A stretch of DNA of 45,547 nucleotides from Minisyncoccota bacterium (GTDB lineage Bacteria; Patescibacteriota; Minisyncoccia; Phycocordibacterales; UBA918), in contig JBBDKG010000020.1 of the NCBI GenBank assembly GCA_040879435.1, positions 12,410 through 57,956 of the forward strand, written 5' to 3'. The notes under the pieces are model-generated. The model was not told the DNA's origin, did not search any database, and saw only the letters and a list, made by a program, of their open reading frames with translations. Position numbers and translations under genes: made by a program. This document shows positions 19,234-27,650 of the stretch, in pieces; the first letter of the stretch is position 1, and each line of letters starts with the position of its first letter.

Positions 19234-20730
19234 TCACGAACAACTTGCCTCCTCGGCATCGATCGCATCCTGGAATTCGTCCACACGAGCCTGGAATTCA
19301 AAGTTCATGAATTCGGAGCGTAGACGGGTGACGTCGTACTCAGTTTGTATGAGACCCTCTGCCTGGAGTCGGACATACTGTTGATACACGACACTCTGTT
19401 GGTTGATAGTGCCGCTCTCGGCAAGTTCTTTCATTTGTTCGAGGATGGAGGTCACCTGTTCGACCACCGCAAGGTTGGTCTCCGCATCGGACTTGTCCAA
19501 CTCCAGATCCTCGGTAAGCTCGAGATTGAAACAGCTTGGATATCGAGCCTCCCCATCAGCGAGCTGATCCTCGAGGTCGTCGATCGTATCGATGATCTCT
19601 TGCTGTATCTCACGGTATTTCACGTTCGTAGCAAGTGCTGCGGTGAGTTCCGCTGTACTGGTATTCCCGGCGCCGCCTTGGTCGGTGCGGAGTACGTCAA
19701 TGTATGACTGGTTACCGTTTTCGCCGAACTGCGCGTTGTTGTATCGAGCGTTTCCGCCGAGCCCCAACAGTCCGAATGTTCCCTGAAGCGCCTGATTGGT
19801 GAGGCTGTTCGCAAAGCCGCCGATCACTTCGTTCAGCTCATCTGCCTGAAGCAAGCGGAGCGCAGGCAGCTGCCCGATGTTGAATGACATGGCGTCGCGA
19901 ACTATGAAGCCTGGTGTCAGTGTCGTACACTTCTTCTTTGAGTATCCCGAAGCGAGTTGGATGTATTCGCAGTCTTTTTGCGGCATCACACCGTCACCTG
20001 CATCGTACTCACGTTCCGCATTCCTTTTATCCTCAACGTTTCCTGTATACAGCTTCACTTTTCCGTCGAGGTACGCACCGATAGGGTCGTTCGCATTCCC
20101 AATGGTGAGTTCGAAGAAGGCATTCCAGCTGCCCTGGTTGAACTCACCTTCCATGAATGCAGCGATATCCGTGTCCGGCATATCATCGAACACACACTGT
20201 GTCTCCGCACTCGTGTTCGGCCGCCCCACGTTCTTGTATTGGATGGCGAGCGTTGACGGCACTTGGATGCGAAGCGGCTCACACAACCGCTGCAGCTCCT
20301 GCCCGAAGAGGAACTCACCGGCCGATTCGTCGAGGACATCTACGAGAAAGCCTTCAAGGTCGGTCACGAAGGCCGGTTCACCATTGAATCCCCCGTTCGC
20401 CCAGTTGATCATGTCGGCCGTTATCTGGTTGAGCGCGTTTTGGGTGATGTTCCATGCGAGACCGTCGAGGATCGTCTCCTTTATATTGAGCGATGTGAGC
20501 AACTTCGTCTGAAGCGCGTTTGAGATCTCTGAAAGCGTGTTCTTGAGTGTGTTGGTGATACCGACCGTTGAAATGTCTGCGCGTATGGTCACGTTCTGTC
20601 CGCCGGTAACCCCACTGATAAGGCTACGCAAATCGAATGCCTGCGCTGCGGGAGCAGATGACGCAAAAAGCATGATACCAATCAGTACAGAGATGGTGGT
20701 TCGTGCAAGTTGTGTGGCGAAGCGTTCCAT
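19234..20730 (-). CDS. Secreted hypothetical protein of the T4SS-like cluster
   Basis: Signal peptide, helical content, WANGGFNGEPAFVTD and Cys pairs; co-oriented with the cluster. Confidence 0.7.
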   Translation of the reverse strand: MERFATQLARTTISVLIGIMLFASSAPAAQAFDLRSLISGVTGGQNVTIRADISTVGITNTLKNTLSEISNALQTKLLTSLNIKETILDGLAWNITQNALNQITADMINWANGGFNGEPAFVTDLEGFLVDVLDESAGEFLFGQELQRLCEPLRIQVPSTLAIQYKNVGRPNTSAETQCVFDDMPDTDIAAFMEGEFNQGSWNAFFELTIGNANDPIGAYLDGKVKLYTGNVEDKRNAEREYDAGDGVMPQKDCEYIQLASGYSKKKCTTLTPGFIVRDAMSFNIGQLPALRLLQADELNEVIGGFANSLTNQALQGTFGLLGLGGNARYNNAQFGENGNQSYIDVLRTDQGGAGNTSTAELTAALATNVKYREIQQEIIDTIDDLEDQLADGEARYPSCFNLELTEDLELDKSDAETNLAVVEQVTSILEQMKELAESGTINQQSVVYQQYVRLQAEGLIQTEYDVTRLRSEFMNFEFQARVDEFQDAIDAEEASCS

Positions 20731-20735
20731 ACGTG

Positions 20736-21623
20736 TTACTTGATCTCAATGAGACGTCCAGCCGCGTCGGCGTCGGTCCAGACAACACCGGCCGCGTCGA
20801 TCGCAAGATACAGGTTACTAATCGCCTGGTAGAGGCCGAGGGCATCGTCCTCATAGCGTTGGATGCGGGCAAGGGCAAGGAGGGGGTCTTCGAACACTTT
20901 TTCAAAACCACGAATGTCGATCGCGATCGCATTCAATGTATTGATTAGGTCAAGGTGTTCTGCAACGAGCGTCTGCGGTACCGGTATCGCAAGCAGGTCA
21001 TGGGTCATTCCCTCATATGATTCGGCAATGAGCGCAAGGTCAGCGAGCGCTGCGGGGTCTCGTGCATTCACTGCCCTATCAAGTATCACGACCTCATCCT
21101 CGAGCTCTTTCTGCACACTGTTTGCGAATGTGATCTCGGCAAACGCGTTTCCGTACGCACGGAGGGCGGCGGTCCCTGTATCAGGACTCGTTCTGACATC
21201 CCGGCCCGCATACAATTTGTCGGTCGCCAGCATATAGACATAGTCGTTGGAGCGATCAAGTACTGTCTCGGCATCGCCCGTCCCCCCGCGCATCCCTGAT
21301 TGCAACATCCGTTGGAGCATATCGATGGCCACCGTTTGCGTGTGGGTCCGTTCGGTCGTTGTGGCAGTGGAGGTGCTCGTCTGCCGGTCGGTAAGCCACG
21401 GTGCTTTAGGCGACAGCGTCTCCTTCCAGTCAGCAACACCGTCTCCGTTTTCATCACGCACATCGATGAACTCCCGTTCCGGCGCCGGGCCGGCAACGAC
21501 CTCGACCCGTGGGTCGGGCAGACGTGTTTCCTGTCCGTACGGGGACAGGTAAAAGGCGCCGAATACCAGAAGAAGCCCGGCGAGCGAAGCGATCACGATT
21601 CGCGGATTTAATTTCCCGTTCAT
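20736..21623 (-). CDS. Membrane-anchored protein with DxDxDG-type Ca-binding-like motif
   Basis: N-terminal TM; DENGDGVADWKE motif. Confidence 0.65.
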   Translation of the reverse strand: MNGKLNPRIVIASLAGLLLVFGAFYLSPYGQETRLPDPRVEVVAGPAPEREFIDVRDENGDGVADWKETLSPKAPWLTDRQTSTSTATTTERTHTQTVAIDMLQRMLQSGMRGGTGDAETVLDRSNDYVYMLATDKLYAGRDVRTSPDTGTAALRAYGNAFAEITFANSVQKELEDEVVILDRAVNARDPAALADLALIAESYEGMTHDLLAIPVPQTLVAEHLDLINTLNAIAIDIRGFEKVFEDPLLALARIQRYEDDALGLYQAISNLYLAIDAAGVVWTDADAAGRLIEIK

Positions 21624-21743
21624 TTGTTCCCTTCAGTATATCAGTGTGCGGGGTCGGAGAGCGGAATGGGGTGCCTTGAGGTGTGGTTAACGGTGTGAAT
21701 GGTGTGTGCATTCGGCTCGAATAACGACTGCACGGACTGTGCA

Positions 21744-22568
21744 CTAGACCGCAGACCCTATTCCAACAAGTTTTTTCACAAGCGCGCGCCACGTGGCAAG
21801 GTCAATATCCTCAGCACGGACCGTCAAAGGCAGACTAAGTGTGGAAAAGATGTGGGTAAGTTCGGGTCGGGGGTACTCGGCAGCGAGATTTCCCAAGAGC
21901 TGCTTGCGTTTTTTGCCAAATCCGAGATGAAGTACATGAAAGAACGCTTGAGCATCGAGTCCGTCGAGGCGTTCGCGCGAGATATCACCCACCGCCACAA
22001 TAGCCGAGTCCACCTTAGGTGGCGGTGTGAAGTGACCCCGCGTCACCGTCCGTACATATGTCGGTGTGCCGTAGCATTTCACGGAAAGCGAGAGAAGCGA
22101 TTCCTTCTCGTTGCGTTTGAGGGAGGAAGTAATACGCTTGGCAACCTCCTTTTGTATCAAAAATACAATCATCTGCGGCTGTGCTGCGTGTTCCAGGAAC
22201 GTTCGAAGCAGAAAGCCGCTCAGATAGTATGGAATGTTTGCCACGACCTTGTATCCCCCGTCAGGAAGTGCAAGTGTTGCAAGATCGAAGGTACGCATAT
22301 CAACGCAATGGAGTGTGAGCTGCCCGGAGGCGACCTCCTCAGGGAAGGAATCTTCAAGTACCGCAATTGCACGCCGGTCCGCTTCAAGGGCAACCACACG
22401 TGCACCGCGCGCAAGGATCTCGCGGGTAAGGGCGCCGGTTCCAGGACCCACTTCCACCACCAGCTCCCCCGCACTGAGCTCCGCCGCGTCGCACATCCAC
22501 TGTGGGACGAGCGGACTGTTGAGAAAATGCTGCCCGAGGCTCTTTTTTGTTTCGAAACGTTCGTTCAT
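21744..22568 (-). CDS. rsmA: 16S rRNA dimethyltransferase RsmA/KsgA
   Basis: KKSLGQHFL, EVGPGTGALT, VANIPYY, FTPPPKVDSA. Confidence 0.97.
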   Translation of the reverse strand: MNERFETKKSLGQHFLNSPLVPQWMCDAAELSAGELVVEVGPGTGALTREILARGARVVALEADRRAIAVLEDSFPEEVASGQLTLHCVDMRTFDLATLALPDGGYKVVANIPYYLSGFLLRTFLEHAAQPQMIVFLIQKEVAKRITSSLKRNEKESLLSLSVKCYGTPTYVRTVTRGHFTPPPKVDSAIVAVGDISRERLDGLDAQAFFHVLHLGFGKKRKQLLGNLAAEYPRPELTHIFSTLSLPLTVRAEDIDLATWRALVKKLVGIGSAV

Positions 22569-22604
22569 GCGCCCACTCTATGCTACAGGCGATGTACCCG
22601 CAAG

Positions 22605-24563
22605 TCAGTCGATCTCAATGATGAGTCCAGGCTCGTCATCGTGCCGGTTGCGGGTCACGCCTTCAAACTCAAAGTGTACTTCGTCGATATCGGAGAGGAA
22701 TGACGAGGGCACGTTTACCCGTTGGCTACCGAAGATGGTGCGCATGTGTGCGTGTGTCAGGAACACCTTTCGTTCCGCGCGGGTGAGTGCGACATAGAAA
22801 AGCCGTCGCTCCTCCTCGTGGTCGATCGAGGAGTCATCGAGCCGCTCGTGTGGGAACAATCCTTCCTCAAGTCCGGTCACGAAGACATACGGGAACTCCA
22901 ACCCTTTCGCTGCATGCACCGTCATGAGCCTGACCGCGTCCTGCTCCTCCTTGCTCTTGATCTCGTCCTGGTCGCTTTGGAGCGCCGCATCGGCGAGCAG
23001 CCCTTCGACCGCCTCTTCCGGCGACAACTCGTCGTACCTGATAGCGAGTGACACTAACTCCCGCAGGTTCTCGAGCCGTGCCAGATCGTCCTCCGTCCCG
23101 CTTTCCTTGAAGTATTTCTCCATTCCGGTGCGCGCCATGATGTATGCAAGTGTCTCGGAAAGTTTCTTCGTCTGCGCAGCCTTTGCGATATCCATCATGA
23201 GCGTGTCGAATTCCGCAACCTTCTTCTCGGTAGCGCCGGTGATGGCAGCGCGGTTCCCTTCAATGAGTTTCAGTACTGTCACCTTTCCGATACCGCGCGG
23301 CGGTACGTTCACCACCCGGCCGAGGTCAGCGATACTGTCTGGATTCAAAGATAGTCTAAGGAACGAAAGTACGTCCTTCACCTCCTTCCGCTCGAAGAAT
23401 CGTGTGCCGAGTACCTGATACGGGACGTTGTATGCAAGGAAAGCCTCCTCGAGTACACGCGACTGGAAGTTGGTACGAAACAATACCGCGATTGAGGACG
23501 GCCGATTCCCTTCCTCGATCAGACGTTTAGCACGGAGTGCGACGTACTCAGCCTCTTCGGTACCGGTCATGGCGGTATAGAGGGTGATCGGTTCACCCTC
23601 GGTGTTCTTGGTAAACACCTGCTTCTCGATACGGTTACGGTTCTTCGCGATCACGCTGTTCGAGGCTGCGATGATGGTCTGCGTGGAGCGGTAGTTCTCT
23701 TCAAGGAAGATAGACTGCGCGCCACGGAAGTGCTTCTCGAACTGGAGGACGTTCGCGATGTCTGCCCCGCGCCATGAGTAGATGTTTTGATCGACATCAC
23801 CAACTGCACACACGTTCTGCTTCTCGCCTGCAAGCAATCGCACGATCTCATACTGCACCTTGTTCGTGTCCTGGTATTCGTCGATATGGATATATCGCCA
23901 TCGATCCTGTAGTACGGTGCGGATGACCGGGTACGTCTTCAGCAGGTAGCGTGTCTGAAGAAGCAGATCGTCGAAATCAAGCGCATGTTCTGCACGCATG
24001 AGGCGTTCGTAGTGTTCCCATACCTCGGCCGCGACACGGTCAGGGTAGCTTGCCGCCGCCTCAAGGAACTCACTGCGTGAGAGTGCATCTCCCTTTGCGC
24101 GTGAGATGGTACCGAGGATCTTGCGCGGCTCGAACTGTTTTGGACTGTACCCGGCAAGTTCTAGGGCCTTCTTGATGGTGCGGATGCTATCGCTCCGATC
24201 ATAGATGGTGAAGTGTCGCCTAAGGTTCAGTGTGGCGTGGTGCTCCCGAAGGATACGTACACCGAGCGCGTGGAAGGTGAGGATCAAAGGCGACGAGTCA
24301 ATGGCTGCTCGTTCTGACGGCGGGTACTCTGCGATGAGCGCGAGTGCCCGTTCACGCATTTCTTTCGCAGCCTTGTTCGTGAAGGTTATGGCAAGGATGT
24401 TGTGCGGCGCGATCCCTTGATGGATGAGGTGCACGATGCGGTGTGTGATGACACGGGTCTTTCCAGAACCGGCTCCGGCCAGCACCAGAAGCGGACCTTC
24501 AGTCGTGAGCGCGGCGCGGCGCTGGGGTTCATTGAGACTCGTAAGGTACTGCGGAATCGTCAT
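22605..24563 (-). CDS. pcrA: ATP-dependent DNA helicase PcrA/UvrD
   Basis: AGAGSGKT, TFTNKAA, DEYQD, NYRST, HAAKGLEF, EERRLFYVALTRA. Confidence 0.95.
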   Translation of the reverse strand: MTIPQYLTSLNEPQRRAALTTEGPLLVLAGAGSGKTRVITHRIVHLIHQGIAPHNILAITFTNKAAKEMRERALALIAEYPPSERAAIDSSPLILTFHALGVRILREHHATLNLRRHFTIYDRSDSIRTIKKALELAGYSPKQFEPRKILGTISRAKGDALSRSEFLEAAASYPDRVAAEVWEHYERLMRAEHALDFDDLLLQTRYLLKTYPVIRTVLQDRWRYIHIDEYQDTNKVQYEIVRLLAGEKQNVCAVGDVDQNIYSWRGADIANVLQFEKHFRGAQSIFLEENYRSTQTIIAASNSVIAKNRNRIEKQVFTKNTEGEPITLYTAMTGTEEAEYVALRAKRLIEEGNRPSSIAVLFRTNFQSRVLEEAFLAYNVPYQVLGTRFFERKEVKDVLSFLRLSLNPDSIADLGRVVNVPPRGIGKVTVLKLIEGNRAAITGATEKKVAEFDTLMMDIAKAAQTKKLSETLAYIMARTGMEKYFKESGTEDDLARLENLRELVSLAIRYDELSPEEAVEGLLADAALQSDQDEIKSKEEQDAVRLMTVHAAKGLEFPYVFVTGLEEGLFPHERLDDSSIDHEEERRLFYVALTRAERKVFLTHAHMRTIFGSQRVNVPSSFLSDIDEVHFEFEGVTRNRHDDEPGLIIEID

Positions 24564-24787
24564 GTCACCGGCATACTACCGCATGTGACACATGCTGTAT
24601 AGCGAACGGCATAGAAGCGGCGGGGACAGGCCGAGGTGCCCCGTAGCAGATGGCGGAAAACACAGATCCTCGGAGGCGGCCTTCAATTCCCCCATTCTAA
24701 GAGAACGGTGTCAAGAGCCAAAAAAGGGCGCTGTTTCAAGCCCGTACCAAGATGAAGCAACTATGTGAAAAAAGTGTACTGCGTCAA

Positions 24788-24816
24788 TTGCTTCATTTGA
24801 GGTTCATTTGTATCAT
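24788..24816 (+). promoter_or_regulatory. Putative sigma70 promoter for the LysM/M23 gene
   Basis: TTGCTT-N17-TATCAT; the -35 lies in the right arm of the inverted repeat ATGAAGCAA/TTGCTTCAT. Confidence 0.5.
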
Positions 24817-25058
24817 GGCTCTCATACAGTTTATGGACGATACACGGCGCAGAGGCGCCTTTTGTATGGAGAAAGATCATTTCTGTAGCGGATGTACGGC
24901 GGCGAGACCATAACCACACACGTATTCAACCAACGACACAAGATACTGACAGTTCCAATCCCGGCGGCAGCGAAGAAACTGCCAAACGTCAGCATACATA
25001 TACAGCACACACACGTCAGCGGACGTTCCTTTTCGCGGCAGCGGAGGTCCTCCCACTC

Positions 25059-26042
25059 TTGTTCGTTATCCTGTTCCCTCTTTCGGTCCATGCCGGCGTT
25101 CTTTCCACGATGATCTCGATGGTCGGCAACAATGTGATCGCATACACTGCCGAAAAGGAGACTGTCGCAGCAAGTGACGTGAAGCTCTTGAGTGCGCGTA
25201 CCAATCCAGACCCGAGTGCGCCACTCGGCGGCGGCGACATCATCGTTGACGAGGGTTCACTCGTACCTGCCGGTGCGTTCGGCGAGGACGAATACAGTGA
25301 GGACTATTCGTCCGGCGAGATTAGTGTGTATGTCGTGCGCGAAGGTGACTCACTTTCGCAGATCGCTGAGATGTTCGGCGTGACCGCCAATACCATTCTT
25401 TGGGCGAACGATCTCACGAGCGGCACGATCCACGAAGGGCAGACACTCGTCATTCTCCCGATCGTCGGTGTCCGCCACGTCGTGAAGGACGGCGATACAT
25501 TGGCATCGATCGCGAAGAAGTACGATGGTGATGCCGACGAGATCCTTTCATTCAATCAACTCACCTCAGCATCACAACTTGCCGTCGGCGAAGCCATCAT
25601 CATTCCAGGCGGCAACATGCATACCGCGGCACCAAAGCAGGCACCACAGAGTTCCTCGGTCACACGTACAGCAAGTGCGGGCGGCAGTTCCTCCGGCGGG
25701 TACTTCACTCATCCGCTACCGGGTGCGGTGCGAACGCAGGGTATCCACGGATACAACGGTGTCGACCTCGCGGGTCTTGCAGCAGGATCAGCGGTCCGTG
25801 CAGCGGCAGCCGGTGAGGTCATCGTGTCACGTTCGTCCGGTTGGAACGGCGGGTATGGAAACTATGTTGTGGTCAAGCACGGCAATGGTACCCAGACACT
25901 GTATGCGCACCTCAACTCGGTCTCGGTCGGTGTTGGTGAGTATGTAAGTTCCGGACAGACGGTCGGTGGCGTTGGAAACAGTGGACGCTCTACAGGTATT
26001 CACCTCCACTTCGAGGTTCGTGGTGCGAGTAATCCGTTCTAG
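25059..26042 (+). CDS. LysM-domain M23 family peptidase
   Basis: Two LysM repeats (YVVREGDSLSQIA, HVVKDGDTLASIA); HxxxD-like GYNGVD, YAHL and HLHFE; start codon uncertain. Confidence 0.93.
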   Translation: MFVILFPLSVHAGVLSTMISMVGNNVIAYTAEKETVAASDVKLLSARTNPDPSAPLGGGDIIVDEGSLVPAGAFGEDEYSEDYSSGEISVYVVREGDSLSQIAEMFGVTANTILWANDLTSGTIHEGQTLVILPIVGVRHVVKDGDTLASIAKKYDGDADEILSFNQLTSASQLAVGEAIIIPGGNMHTAAPKQAPQSSSVTRTASAGGSSSGGYFTHPLPGAVRTQGIHGYNGVDLAGLAAGSAVRAAAAGEVIVSRSSGWNGGYGNYVVVKHGNGTQTLYAHLNSVSVGVGEYVSSGQTVGGVGNSGRSTGIHLHFEVRGASNPF

Positions 26043-26051
26043 GACTTTTAT

Positions 26052-26095
26052 AAAAAACCAGCCGGATGCGTAGAGCGCATCCGGCTGGTTTTTTT
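26052..26095. terminator. Bidirectional intrinsic terminator
   Basis: AAAAAACCAGCCGGATGCG...CGCATCCGGCTGGTTTTTTT. Confidence 0.9.
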
Positions 26096-26103
26096 GATGT
26101 ACC

Positions 26104-26550
26104 TCACCGTACGTTTGTATGTTCAAGGTATTCTTGGACACCTTTGAGCCACCCACCCCGGAGATACGTCTCGGGAGTGAACGTGTGGACGTCGACCCAC
26201 TCATACCGATCCATATGGTCCCCCATAACAGGTTCACCGCCACGGTATGTGGCTTCATACCCCAGTGCAAATATTTGTACCGGCTCCCCTGTCTCAGCCT
26301 CTATCCGTCGATGGCGAAAGTAGACTTTAGGGGTTGGGTCAATTTCATATCGCACCTCAGTGCCCACCTCCTCATTCATTTTTCGCGAAATGATATCAAG
26401 CAGCGGTGTATCAAATTCGTCATGTTTGATGCGACCACCCGGAAGGTCCCATCCGTCATCAAAGACATCTTTTATTAAAAAGAGTTTGTCACCATCACGC
26501 AGTAGTATTTTGACCGCAACAAAATACAGCGCCTTTTCCTTCGTACCCAT
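26104..26550 (-). CDS. NUDIX hydrolase
   Basis: WDLPGGRI...SRKMNEEVG, a degenerate Nudix box. Confidence 0.8.
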   Translation of the reverse strand: MGTKEKALYFVAVKILLRDGDKLFLIKDVFDDGWDLPGGRIKHDEFDTPLLDIISRKMNEEVGTEVRYEIDPTPKVYFRHRRIEAETGEPVQIFALGYEATYRGGEPVMGDHMDRYEWVDVHTFTPETYLRGGWLKGVQEYLEHTNVR

Positions 26551-26604
26551 AAGGAAGAGTCTAGCGGATTGCAGGGTGGATGCAACTACGAAGGAGTTAT
26601 GAAA

Positions 26605-26637
26605 ACAAAAAGGCGCGTGTCTCCACGCGCCTTTGTC
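26605..26637 (-). terminator. Intrinsic terminator
   Basis: AAAAAGGCGCGTG-TCTC-CACGCGCCTTT downstream of the 26656 ORF. Confidence 0.7.
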
Positions 26638-26655
26638 TTTCTGTGTTCTGAAGAT

Positions 26656-27003
26656 TCAGTCGACGCCGGGTTCGAGGCGAACGCCACGTTCCTTCAGATC
26701 GTGACAGAGCTGCGCAAAATATTCTTTGTGCGGGCTGTCCTGTTTCGGAGTGGAACCGATCACGAAACGATCTTCAAGTCCTTCCCAAAGCGTGAGAACG
26801 GCAATGGTCTCCGCACCGTACTTCACATAATGCGGCACACCACGGTATCCGTCGATGTTGATGGTCTCGCCGCAGACGCAATGGTACTGGCTTGTGTATC
26901 CGACCATGTTCCAGAACCGATTTTCCCGCGAATGGTTTGCAAGCTCCACCAATTGGGAAAGCACACTTTTCATTCTGTGGGCAGCTGCCGTTGCTGCTTC
27001 CAT
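26656..27003 (-). CDS. Hypothetical protein (115 aa)
   Basis: ORF followed by a terminator; no recognisable family. Confidence 0.45.
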   Translation of the reverse strand: MEAATAAAHRMKSVLSQLVELANHSRENRFWNMVGYTSQYHCVCGETINIDGYRGVPHYVKYGAETIAVLTLWEGLEDRFVIGSTPKQDSPHKEYFAQLCHDLKERGVRLEPGVD

Positions 27004-27009
27004 GGAGGT

Positions 27010-27168
27010 TCAAAGCCACCGAAGCCGGCGAAAACCCGCCTCGACCTCTTCACATGAACGGAATATTCCATGCCGTGACGATCGCATCCACTTTCCTTCC
27101 GGTGAGACCGAGAAGGCGTCGATATCGTCAATGCCGTGACAGGCAAGTATTTTCAGGAGAATGTTCAT
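27010..27168 (-). CDS. Small hypothetical protein (52 aa)
   Basis: GGAG about 7 nt before ATG 27168; ends 6 nt before the next ORF. Confidence 0.35.
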   Translation of the reverse strand: MNILLKILACHGIDDIDAFSVSPEGKWMRSSRHGIFRSCEEVEAGFRRLRWL

Positions 27169-27233
27169 CTCAAGTCTCCGTTTCTGTCTTCTACTACGGT
27201 AGCGCGAAATAGATGGATTGTATAGCGATCGTC

Positions 27234-27614
27234 CTAGGAGGAAAGCTGCGCAGTGTCGCCAGCGTGAGCGATACAAGTGCGGGCGGTCGGTTCAGCTGCA
27301 AGTCGTTCCGGTTCGATCGGTTGGTCGCAGACCTCGCAGACACCGTACGTGCCGGCTTCGATTTTCTTCAGTGCACGAACGATGTTGTTGTATTGTGTTT
27401 CAAGTACTGAAAGGTTTGCACGTCGTTCGTCCCACTCCTCAACACGATCAGCAGCAACATTTGCGTCTGCTTCCGCGGTGACCGCTTCGGCAGGGGTTGC
27501 GATCCAGTCTTCCGGCACACCCGGATTGTGTATGCCAAGTAACTTCAGTTCATCGGTCACGCTGGTGAGCATCCCTTCGAGTTTCTCTTTCTGTGTTTCG
27601 ATGTTGTACGTCAT
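27234..27614 (-). CDS. TraR/DksA C4 zinc-finger protein
   Basis: ALKKIEAGTYGVCEVCDQPIEPERLAAEPTARTC. Confidence 0.92.
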   Translation of the reverse strand: MTYNIETQKEKLEGMLTSVTDELKLLGIHNPGVPEDWIATPAEAVTAEADANVAADRVEEWDERRANLSVLETQYNNIVRALKKIEAGTYGVCEVCDQPIEPERLAAEPTARTCIAHAGDTAQLSS

Positions 27615-27650
27615 ATCCGAAATTGTATCATATCGGGTTTACGGACAATG

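Noticed and set aside
11435-21623. Integrative conjugative element
   Set aside because: No integrase, relaxase, coupling protein or att repeats, and it is flanked by core genes of similar composition.
22503-22522. TGGGACGA inside rsmA as another cassette repeat
   Set aside because: Only the first 8 nt match, the AACT half is missing, and it lies within a core CDS.
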